From an uncultured Actinomycetes bacterium (GTDB lineage Bacteria; Actinomycetota; Actinomycetes; S36-B12; CAIYMF01), in assembly GCA_963843975.1 (NCBI GenBank), contig CAWJMG010000003.1:630001-662000 (forward strand): 32,000 nucleotides of DNA, in the 5' to 3' direction. The notes under the pieces were generated by a model. The model was given only the letters and a program-made list of their open reading frames with translations, had not been told where the DNA came from and made no database searches. Shown here piece after piece: positions 8,981 through 16,438 of this stretch (position 1 is its first letter; every line of letters starts with the position of its first letter). Made by a program: the position numbers and the translations under genes.

Positions 8981-9359
8981 TCACCGCGGCAGGGCCGGCG
9001 CGGGACATCCGGCTGCGATGACCGGCGCGTCGCGCTGGACGTCTTGCCGACGCAGCAACGGCGAAATGTGCAGGTAGCACGACACGCGCGGCACCGGACG
9101 CCCGAACCGCCCGGGCGTGTCGTCCGCGATCCGCTGGTGTGCAACGACTTTCATCGCCGCCTGTGGTCGCTGGCCGACGTCGTCGTGCACCGACTGACAG
9201 GTCAGAGATGGTTAACGCGACGCGCCGTCGCAGCGGTACACGAGCGTTACGCACGCTCCCTAGCGTCCTCGACAGAGAAGGCCAGGACTGCACGTCGACG
9301 ATGACGTGGGCAGCTGGTCACGGGGATCACGACCGTGGGGACGGTCGAAGGGGGTTGTG

Positions 9360-11084
9360 ATGTCGATCGATGTCGGGCTGAGCCCGGACAGCGTTTCCGT
9401 GCACACCGAATCGGGTGAGGCCCTGGCGCCGGCACTCGCTGAGCGGCCGGTGTCGGCACCGTCGGACCGCGAGGTCTACTACTACTTCGGCCCGCAGAAG
9501 CGCTGGGTCAGCCTGTTCATGACAACCGCGTTCGCCCTCGCGGCCTACAGCCTCTTCAAGTTCTCCCTCAACAGCGCGTGGCTGCTGCCGATCCTGGTCG
9601 TGCTGGCGATCAACGTGTTCGGCTCGATCCTCTCCATGCTGTCCGGCCTCAACCGCCGGCGGATCGACCGTGCTGACCACGAGGCGCTGATCGCCGCGTG
9701 GCACCCCGAGGTCGCGCCGAGCGTGGACGTCTTCCTGCCGACCTGCGGCGAGCCACTGGAGATCCTCGCCAACACCTACGACCACGTGGCCGCCCTGCGG
9801 TGGGACGGTCGGCTGACCGTGCTCGTCCTGGACGACGGTGATCGTGCAGAGGTGCGCGAGCTCGCGGAGTCCTACGGGTTCCGCTACGAGGTGCGGCCGG
9901 ACCGAGGACGGATGAAGAAGGCGGGCAACCTGCGCCACGGGTTCTCCGTGACCGACGGCGACCACATCGCCATCTTCGACGCCGACTTCTGTCCCCGAGC
10001 CGACTATCTCTTCCACCTGATCCCGTATCTGGACGAGCCCGACGTGGGCATCGTCCAGAGCCCGCAGGCCTTCGATGCTTCGCGGCAGATGGGCTGGCTC
10101 CAGCGCACCGCCGGGGCGACGCAGGAGCTCTTCTACCGCTGGGTGCAGCCGTCGCGCGACCGTGCGGGCGCCCCCATCTGCGTGGGTACGAACGCGATCT
10201 ACCGACGGGCGGCGCTCACCGACGTAGGCGGCTTCGCCCAGATCGAGCACAGCGAGGACGTCCACACGGGTATCACGCTCCTCCGTGGAGGCTGGAGCAC
10301 GAAGTACGTGCCGATCGTGGTGGCCAAGGGGCTCTGCCCCGACGACCTCGCGGGGTTCCTCAATCAGCAGTACCGCTGGTGCAACGGCTCCATCACGCTG
10401 CTCAAGAGCGGCGAGGCCCACCGACGGCCGCTGAAGCTGCGCCAGCGCATGTGCTTCTGGGCCGGCTTCATGTACTACATCGGCACAGCCGTCAACGTGT
10501 TCGTCGTCCACCTTCCCGGCACGGTCATGGCCTTCTTCTACCCGGAGGAGGTACGCGCGGCGCACTACGTGCCCTTCATGGTCGGGGCCTGGGTCTACCT
10601 CGTGCTTCTCCCGAGCGTCTTCAAGTCGCACTGGCGCTTCGAGGTCCTGCGCGTGCAGATGGCCTACAGCTTCAGCCACACGGTGGCACTCGTGCACAAG
10701 GTGACCGGGCGGTCGGCCGGCTGGGTGCCGACGGGTGCCGTCAGCGCGTCGAGCCACCTCGCGCGCACCATCGCGAAGGTCGGTCTCGTGACGCTCACCT
10801 TCACCATGGCCGCGTCCTGGGCGGGCGTGCTCTACGCCGTGCCGGCGTTCGGTCTTGCGGAGTTCTGGCCGATGATCGTCTTCAACATCGGCTACACCTA
10901 CCTGGCTCTGCCGCTCGCGCTCGACTTCGGTCGTCTGCTCGGCGCCGGACGCGCGGCCACCAGGGCGCTGACAGCTCCGGTCGAAGCAGCCCCCGAGGCC
11001 GACGCCACGGTCGACATCCGCGAGATCGACCTGCGCGGGCTCGTCCCGGCGGCACGGACCGCTCTCGAGGGCGGCGCCGCATGA
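9360..11084 (+). CDS. Processive family-2 glycosyltransferase, cellulose-synthase-like (BcsA/CslA-type) beta-glycan synthase
   Basis: Two N-terminal TM helices, then 'LVLDDGD', 'KKAGNLRHG' (cf. BcsA HAKAGNLN), 'IFDADF' (DxD), 'QSPQAF', 'VGTNAIYRR', 'SEDVHTGITLLRGGW' (TED motif) and 'QQYRWCNG' (QxxRW), followed by about four C-terminal TM helices. No PilZ-like RxxxR/DxSxxG tail. The start is at ATG 9360, preceded by GAAGGGGG. Confidence 0.88.
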   Translation: MSIDVGLSPDSVSVHTESGEALAPALAERPVSAPSDREVYYYFGPQKRWVSLFMTTAFALAAYSLFKFSLNSAWLLPILVVLAINVFGSILSMLSGLNRRRIDRADHEALIAAWHPEVAPSVDVFLPTCGEPLEILANTYDHVAALRWDGRLTVLVLDDGDRAEVRELAESYGFRYEVRPDRGRMKKAGNLRHGFSVTDGDHIAIFDADFCPRADYLFHLIPYLDEPDVGIVQSPQAFDASRQMGWLQRTAGATQELFYRWVQPSRDRAGAPICVGTNAIYRRAALTDVGGFAQIEHSEDVHTGITLLRGGWSTKYVPIVVAKGLCPDDLAGFLNQQYRWCNGSITLLKSGEAHRRPLKLRQRMCFWAGFMYYIGTAVNVFVVHLPGTVMAFFYPEEVRAAHYVPFMVGAWVYLVLLPSVFKSHWRFEVLRVQMAYSFSHTVALVHKVTGRSAGWVPTGAVSASSHLARTIAKVGLVTLTFTMAASWAGVLYAVPAFGLAEFWPMIVFNIGYTYLALPLALDFGRLLGAGRAATRALTAPVEAAPEADATVDIREIDLRGLVPAARTALEGGAA

Positions 11085-11251
11085 GCCGCCACCTGCGCGA
11101 GCCCGGGGCCGTCGAGCCGCCACGTCCTCTGGACGTCGCATCACCGGAAAGCCTCGGCCGGGCCGAGGCGATCGCACTGTCCGTGGCCGTCGGCCTGGCA
11201 GCAGCCGTCGCTGCGGGCTGGTTCGACCCGATGATGCCCTGGAGCGGCTGA
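11081..11251 (+). CDS. 56-aa single-pass membrane micro-protein, translationally coupled between the synthase and the acyltransferase
   Basis: Its ATG overlaps the GT2 stop (ATGA at 11081-11084). Its TGA shares a base with the next gene's ATG (TGATG at 11249-11253). Sequence: MSRHLREPGAVEPPRPLDVASPESLGRAEAIALSVAVGLAAAVAAGWFDPMMPWSG, with one TM helix and mostly G/C third positions. Confidence 0.6.
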   Translation: MSRHLREPGAVEPPRPLDVASPESLGRAEAIALSVAVGLAAAVAAGWFDPMMPWSG

Positions 11252-13350
11252 TGTCCACGCTAGACGCACGTCTCGAGCAGGCACCGGCTGCGGAACGGCA
11301 GACCCCGCGTTTCGTGGCGGGCTTCCACCCCGACATCGAGGGCCTGCGAGCGATCGCAGTCCTCACGGTGCTCGCCTTCCATGCGGCTGTGCCGCACCTC
11401 GCCGGCGGCTTCGTCGGTGTGGATGTCTTCTTCGTGATCTCCGGCTACCTGATCACGAGCCTCATGCTCGTGGAGCTGTCGGAGACGGGCACGATCTCGT
11501 TGCGCGAGTTCTACGCACGACGAGGACGGCGCATCCTGCCGAGCGCGGGCGTCGTCATCGTCGCGATCGGCATCGCTTCGTGGTTCGTGCTGCCGATGCT
11601 GGGCGTCCGGAACGTCGCGCAGGACATGGTCGCCGCCGCGCTGTTCGTCGTGAACTGGCACTTCATCGCGCAGGGCACCGACTACCTCGCCGCGAGCTCG
11701 GACCACAGCCCGCTGCTGCACTTCTGGTCGCTCGCGGTGGAGGAGCAGTTCTACTTCGTGTGGCCCGCCGCCCTGCTCCTCGCCGTCTACCTCGCGCGCC
11801 GGTTCGGCCGGTCCTGGGTCGCGGCCATCGGGGTCGTGGTCGCCGCCACGGCCGTCGGGTCGTTCACGCTGTCGCTCCTGTCGACCGCCGGATCGCCACC
11901 CTTCGCCTACCTCAGCTCACCGACCCGTGCCTGGCAGTTCGCCGTCGGTGCCGCGATCGCACTGGCCGCACCGGCGCTGCGCCGCCTTGCCGAGGGACGG
12001 GGCGCGGCGCCGGTGCTCCTCCTGCTCGGCTGGGCGGGTCTGCTCGGCGTTCTTGCCTCGGCCGTGCTGTTCGACGAGTCGACGCCGTACCCGGGGTCAG
12101 CAGCACTGCTGCCCACCTTCGGCACGGCGGCCATGATCGTGGCGGGCATCCTCGGCCGGCCCGGGACAGGCAGCGCGTCGTCGCTGCTGGCCACGGCACC
12201 GATGCGCGCCATCGGCCGGCTCTCCTTCGCCTGGTACCTCTGGCACTGGCCGTTCGTCGTCTTCGGCCAGCAGATCCTCGGGGCCGACAGCGCATGGCCG
12301 GTGCTCGTCCTGCTCGTGCTCGCGTCTGCTGCGCCCGCATGGCTGTCGCTGCGCTTCCTCGAGCGACCCATCCGGTTCGCACCGGGCATCGCCTCGCGGG
12401 CCAGCGCCGGACTGGCGGTCGGGGCGATCTCGACCATGGTCGCCCTCGTGGCCGGCCTGTTCGTCGGCACGCAGTCGCTCCTCACGCTGGGCAGCGTCGA
12501 CACCCTGGCCCAGGCCGCGACCATCTCGTCGGTGTTCGGCGACGCGGGTGAAGCCTCGCGGACGTCCGGGGCCGTCAGCCCGACGCCGCTCAAGGCGCGG
12601 GACGACAGGCCACGGCCGGACGAGTGCATCCTGCAGCGCGGCCAGACGGCGGCTCCTGCCTGCGAGTTCGGACTGGCGTCCGGACCTACGGTCGTCCTGT
12701 TCGGCGACAGCCACGCGCAGCAGTGGCAGCCGACGTTCGAGGCCATGGCCGACGACCGGGGATGGCGACTCGTCGTCGTCACCAAGTCCGGCTGCCCCGT
12801 GCCACTCATCTCGCCACGTGAGGACGGAGCCCTGTTCTCACAGCCCGACTGTGCGGAATGGCGGGAGCAGTCCTTCCAGCGCATCTCCACCGAGCTGAAG
12901 CCCGATCTCATCGTGGTGTCGTCGCTCTGGAACTACGTGCCGGACCAGGCCGAGGTCCGGACAGCCTGGAACACCTCGCTCGAGAGGCTTCGTGCGGCGG
13001 GGGCGCCCATCGCCTACATCCGTGACACCCCGTTCCCGCACGCGGACGTGCCCGTGTGCATGTCGGATGCCGAGGAGGACTGGTCCCGGTGCTCGTTCGC
13101 CCGAGACGCGGCGCTCACCACTGATCCGATCCAGGTGGAGGCCCTCCAGGGCAAGGCCGACGGCGTCAGCATCCTCGATTTCACGAGCTATCTCTGTCCC
13201 GAGTCCTCGTGCCCGGCGGCCCGCGGAGGCACGCTGTTCTACCGGGACGACTCGCACATCACGGCGACGCTGGCGAAGGTCCTTACCCCCGCCGTCGCCC
13301 AGCAGCTGGACGACGCCGGGATCGCCCCGGCGACGTCGCCGAGGGACTGA
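11251..13350 (+). CDS. Acyltransferase-3 (OafA/YrhL-type) membrane O-acyltransferase fused to a C-terminal SGNH domain
   Basis: 699 aa. AT3 N-terminal signature 'IEGLRAIAVLTVLAFHA...VDVFFVISGYLIT' and about 10 TM helices, then a soluble C-terminus with the SGNH block I 'VVLFGDSHAQQW' and 'YRDDSHIT'. Confidence 0.88.
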   Translation: MSTLDARLEQAPAAERQTPRFVAGFHPDIEGLRAIAVLTVLAFHAAVPHLAGGFVGVDVFFVISGYLITSLMLVELSETGTISLREFYARRGRRILPSAGVVIVAIGIASWFVLPMLGVRNVAQDMVAAALFVVNWHFIAQGTDYLAASSDHSPLLHFWSLAVEEQFYFVWPAALLLAVYLARRFGRSWVAAIGVVVAATAVGSFTLSLLSTAGSPPFAYLSSPTRAWQFAVGAAIALAAPALRRLAEGRGAAPVLLLLGWAGLLGVLASAVLFDESTPYPGSAALLPTFGTAAMIVAGILGRPGTGSASSLLATAPMRAIGRLSFAWYLWHWPFVVFGQQILGADSAWPVLVLLVLASAAPAWLSLRFLERPIRFAPGIASRASAGLAVGAISTMVALVAGLFVGTQSLLTLGSVDTLAQAATISSVFGDAGEASRTSGAVSPTPLKARDDRPRPDECILQRGQTAAPACEFGLASGPTVVLFGDSHAQQWQPTFEAMADDRGWRLVVVTKSGCPVPLISPREDGALFSQPDCAEWREQSFQRISTELKPDLIVVSSLWNYVPDQAEVRTAWNTSLERLRAAGAPIAYIRDTPFPHADVPVCMSDAEEDWSRCSFARDAALTTDPIQVEALQGKADGVSILDFTSYLCPESSCPAARGGTLFYRDDSHITATLAKVLTPAVAQQLDDAGIAPATSPRD

Positions 13351-13356
13351 TCACCG

Positions 13357-14418
13357 GTGGGGAACGCCATGGTCGAGCGACCACACAGGGTCGCGTCCGG
13401 CACCGGGCACGGGGAGAGGGGAAGGCGTACGCCGGTCCTGCTCCTGACGACCGCCGGGGTTCTCATGCTGCTGGCCGTTGTGTGGGTGATGGCGCGCGGG
13501 TCCGGACCACCGAACCCGTTCGTGGGGGTGCGGCTCTTCGTCGCTGACGGCACTCCGGCGAGCGCAGCGGTCGAGCAGGCCCTCGCGTCGGGGACACCGC
13601 CGGCCGACATCCAGGCGCTGCGCGTGCTGGCCGACCAGCCCACGTCGTCGTGGTTCGGCGACTGGGTGCCCGCTGACCGCGTCACTGGCGAGGTCTCGCG
13701 GCTTGTCGGTGACGCCACCTCCCGGGGCGAGTACCCCGTGCTGGTCGCCTACGCCATCCCCGGTCGGGACTGCGACCAGCAGTCCGCGGGCGGTGCCGCC
13801 TCCGCGGACGCGTACCGCAGCTGGATGCTCGCGTTCGCCTCTGGCATCGGCGACAGGTCCGCCGCCGTCGTGCTCGAGCCGGACGCGCTGTCCCAGCTGG
13901 AGTGCCTGTCCGATGCCCAGCGCTCGGAAAGGACCACGCTGCTGGCCTTCGCCGTCGACACCCTTGCGGCGTACCCCGCCGTCTCGGTGTACCTCGACGC
14001 CGGTCACTCGTCCTGGATCCCTGCGCAGGAGATGGCTGGCCGACTGCGGACCGCAGGCATCGACCAGGCGCGCGGGTTCGCGCTCAACGTCTCGAACTTC
14101 GGTACCACGGCCGAGGAGACGCAGTACGGCGACGAGCTGTCGGCGCTCGTGGACGACAAGCCCTTCGTCGTCGACACCTCCCGCAACGGCAACGGCCGCT
14201 GGGACGGAGACGAGTCGTGGTGCAACCCGCCTGGGCGAGCTGTGGGTGCGTCACCGCTGAGCCCGGTCGACGACCCGCGTGTCGACGCGCTGCTCTGGAT
14301 CAAGACCCCGGGGGCCAGCGACGGCGCCTGCCGGCCCGGCGAGCCCCCCGCAGGAACGTTCTGGCCCGAGTACGCCGTCGGCCTCGTCACCCGCTCCGCC
14401 CTCGCACCGACGACGTGA
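13357..14418 (+). CDS. Glycoside hydrolase family 6 (beta-1,4-glucanase) with an N-terminal membrane anchor and no CBM
   Basis: GH6 signatures 'VLVAYAIPGRDCDQQSAGG' and 'VVLEPDALS', plus 'YLDAGHSSW', 'GFALNVSNF', 'VVDTSRNGNG', 'WCNPPGRAVG' and 'LLWIKTPGASDG'. N-terminal TM 'VLLLTTAGVLMLLAVVWVMA'. GTG start at 13357 (alternative ATG at 13369), 6 nt after the previous stop. Confidence 0.88.
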   Translation: MGNAMVERPHRVASGTGHGERGRRTPVLLLTTAGVLMLLAVVWVMARGSGPPNPFVGVRLFVADGTPASAAVEQALASGTPPADIQALRVLADQPTSSWFGDWVPADRVTGEVSRLVGDATSRGEYPVLVAYAIPGRDCDQQSAGGAASADAYRSWMLAFASGIGDRSAAVVLEPDALSQLECLSDAQRSERTTLLAFAVDTLAAYPAVSVYLDAGHSSWIPAQEMAGRLRTAGIDQARGFALNVSNFGTTAEETQYGDELSALVDDKPFVVDTSRNGNGRWDGDESWCNPPGRAVGASPLSPVDDPRVDALLWIKTPGASDGACRPGEPPAGTFWPEYAVGLVTRSALAPTT

Positions 14419-14470
14419 CCTACGCCGCTCCCGTCGCCTCCGCACATCGCACGACAGACAGGGAAACCCC

Positions 14471-15790
14471 ATGAGCATCCGCATGACCGTCATCGGAACC
14501 GGCTACCTCGGTGCCGTCCACGCCGCGTGCATGGCCAACCTCGGCTTCGACGTGCTCGGCGTCGACCACGACGTCGAGAAGATCGCAGTCCTCGCGAACG
14601 GCAAGACGCCGTTCTTCGAGCCCGGACTCGACGAGAGCCTGACCCGTGCGCTCGAGTCCGGCCGTCTGCGTTTCACCACCTCGTTGGCCGAGGCGGCGGA
14701 GTTCGGCGACGTTCACTTCGTGTGTGTCGGCACTCCCCAGAAGGACGGGTCCTATGCCGCCGACCTGCGGCACGTCGACAGCGTGGTCACAGGTCTGGCA
14801 CCGATGCTCACCAGGCCGTGCCTCGTCGTCGGGAAGTCGACGGTCCCGGTGGGCACCGCCCGCCGACTCGCGGACATGCTCACCGAGCTGAGCCCCGCTG
14901 GTGATGCCGTCGAGCTGGCGTGGAACCCGGAGTTCCTCCGTGAGGGGTTCGCCGTCCAGGACACCATGTCGCCGGACCGCATCGTGCTAGGAGTCGAGAC
15001 GCCGTCGGCGGAAGCGGTGCTGCGGGACGTGTACGCGTCGATGATCGAGCGCGAGATCCCGGTGATGGTGACCGACTACGCGACGGCCGAGCTCGTGAAG
15101 GTGTCGGCGAACGCCTTCCTGGCGACCAAGATCTCGTTCATCAACGCGATGGCCGAGGTGTGCGAGGTCACCGGCGCCGATGTCACGATGCTGGCCGATG
15201 CGATCGGGGCCGACGCCCGTATCGGACGCACGTTCCTCGGTGCCGGTCTCGGGTTCGGGGGTGGGTGCCTGCCGAAGGACATCCGTGCCTTCATGGCGCG
15301 GGCGGGCGAGCTCGGGGTCGACCAGGCGCTGACGTTCCTGCGCGAGGTCGACGAGATCAACATGCGGCGGCGTCACCGCGTCGTGGAGCTCACCCGCGAG
15401 GCCCTGGGTGGCCGGCTGCTCGGGATGTCGGTGGCCTGCCTGGGTGCCGCGTTCAAGCCCGACAGCGACGACGTCCGCGACTCGCCGGCGCTGAACGTCG
15501 CCGCAGCCCTGCAGCTGCAGGGCGCGCAGGTGCGGGTGGCGGACCCCGAGGCGACGTCGAACGCGCATCGCCTCTTCCCGACTCTTGCCTACACGACCTC
15601 GGGAGAGGAGGCAGTGGTGGGCGCCGATGCCGTCCTGCTGCTGACCGAGTGGCGCGAGTACTGCGACCTCGACCCTGTCGCGATGGGGGGCCTCGTGCGC
15701 CGGCGCACTGTGGTGGACGCGCGCAACGCGCTCGATCCCGCGGTCTGGCGGCAGGCGGGCTGGACCTACAGGGGCATCGGGCGCCCGTGA
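14471..15790 (+). CDS. ugd: UDP-glucose 6-dehydrogenase (UDP-glucose/GDP-mannose dehydrogenase family)
   Basis: Rossmann motif 'MTVIGTGYLGAVHAACMA', 'NPEFLREG', catalytic-Cys region 'GFGGGCLPKD', and 'AFKPDSDDVRDSPAL'. The start is at ATG 14471 after AGGGAAA. The track ORF start at 14279 overlaps the GH6 gene in a non-protein-like frame. Confidence 0.92.
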   Translation: MSIRMTVIGTGYLGAVHAACMANLGFDVLGVDHDVEKIAVLANGKTPFFEPGLDESLTRALESGRLRFTTSLAEAAEFGDVHFVCVGTPQKDGSYAADLRHVDSVVTGLAPMLTRPCLVVGKSTVPVGTARRLADMLTELSPAGDAVELAWNPEFLREGFAVQDTMSPDRIVLGVETPSAEAVLRDVYASMIEREIPVMVTDYATAELVKVSANAFLATKISFINAMAEVCEVTGADVTMLADAIGADARIGRTFLGAGLGFGGGCLPKDIRAFMARAGELGVDQALTFLREVDEINMRRRHRVVELTREALGGRLLGMSVACLGAAFKPDSDDVRDSPALNVAAALQLQGAQVRVADPEATSNAHRLFPTLAYTTSGEEAVVGADAVLLLTEWREYCDLDPVAMGGLVRRRTVVDARNALDPAVWRQAGWTYRGIGRP

Positions 15791-15918
15791 CGGCCCCTGA
15801 CACTGCAAGGGCCGCCACGGTGCCGATCGGAGGTCAGCCGTAGGCGGCCGCGAGGGCCTCCTCGGTCGCGGTCCAGGCGCCGGCGGCGTCGTCGGCGGCC
15901 TGCTGGGCGGCGGCCGGG

Positions 15919-16368
15919 TCACCCGAGGTCGTCAGCGGCGACACCTTCGCGGTGCAGCTCGTCGAGCGTTGCGCGGAAGGCCTTCTCCGTGGCGGGGTCA
16001 GGGCAGATGGGCACGTCGTGCGCTGCCTTGAGGGCGGCCAGCGCATCGGTCGCTGCGGGCTTCACGGCTGCCGGGCCGTTGGCGGCAGCGGAGCCGAGGG
16101 TCTGCATCGCCGACTCGACATCGTTGCGTGCGGAGCCGTAGCGGGCCGCCCACCCTCCGATCACGGCTGCGACGTCACCGCTGCCCGGCGACGCCGTCGG
16201 GTCGGTCGTGGAGGAGTCCGTGACCGCGGGCGGGGTGGTCGTCGCGCCCTCGGGCGCTGTCATGTCGCCGCATGCGGTCACGCCGAGGACGAGCAGCGGC
16301 ACGGTGACGAGGGCGAGTCGTCGGGCGGGGGACACAGCGGAGCGCTGGTGGCGCTGGGTCTTCATCAT
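15919..16368 (-). CDS. Small lipoprotein of unknown function (3' end possibly frameshifted; coding signal continues to 15834 in another frame)
   Basis: MMKTQRHQRSAVSPARRLALVTVPLLVLGVTAC has a basic n-region and a lipobox (VTAC), followed by a Thr/Pro linker and an Ala-rich helical body. The track ORF extends upstream to 16824 in a low-complexity Ser/Thr/Arg frame that is antisense to the MBL gene. Confidence 0.65.
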   Translation of the reverse strand: MMKTQRHQRSAVSPARRLALVTVPLLVLGVTACGDMTAPEGATTTPPAVTDSSTTDPTASPGSGDVAAVIGGWAARYGSARNDVESAMQTLGSAAANGPAAVKPAATDALAALKAAHDVPICPDPATEKAFRATLDELHREGVAADDLG

Positions 16369-16438
16369 GCGGGTGCCGTACCCCGGCGCCGATGGTCTAA
16401 CCCTGGTCGGTCGCGCGTTCTGGACAGCGGCAGCGCGG

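Noticed and set aside
8848-9154. Two small ORFs in the long leader (+ 8848-9021, MTRPLLVAGEELLRRIGVGMCVCT...; - 8981-9154, MKVVAHQRIADDTPGRFGRP...)
   Set aside because: They overlap each other convergently, so at most one is real. Neither has a recognisable domain or a convincing RBS. They are kept only as part of the leader-region finding, not as features.
9000-9359. c-di-GMP riboswitch upstream of the synthase, or a PilZ domain in it
   Set aside because: I found no match to the GEMM-I/II conserved cores that I can recall. The GT2 C-terminus lacks RxxxR…(D/N)xSxxG.
14279-14470. N-terminal extension of the UDP-glucose dehydrogenase ORF (track start 14279). Similar extensions: coaE (3954), uvrB (4618), GT2 (9306), Rieske (21133), gap (29798), MBL (17275), methyltransferase (2319).
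   Set aside because: The extended parts are Arg/Pro/Ser-rich and overlap upstream genes or hairpins. Canonical family N-termini with RBS-like sequences occur at the downstream starts chosen.
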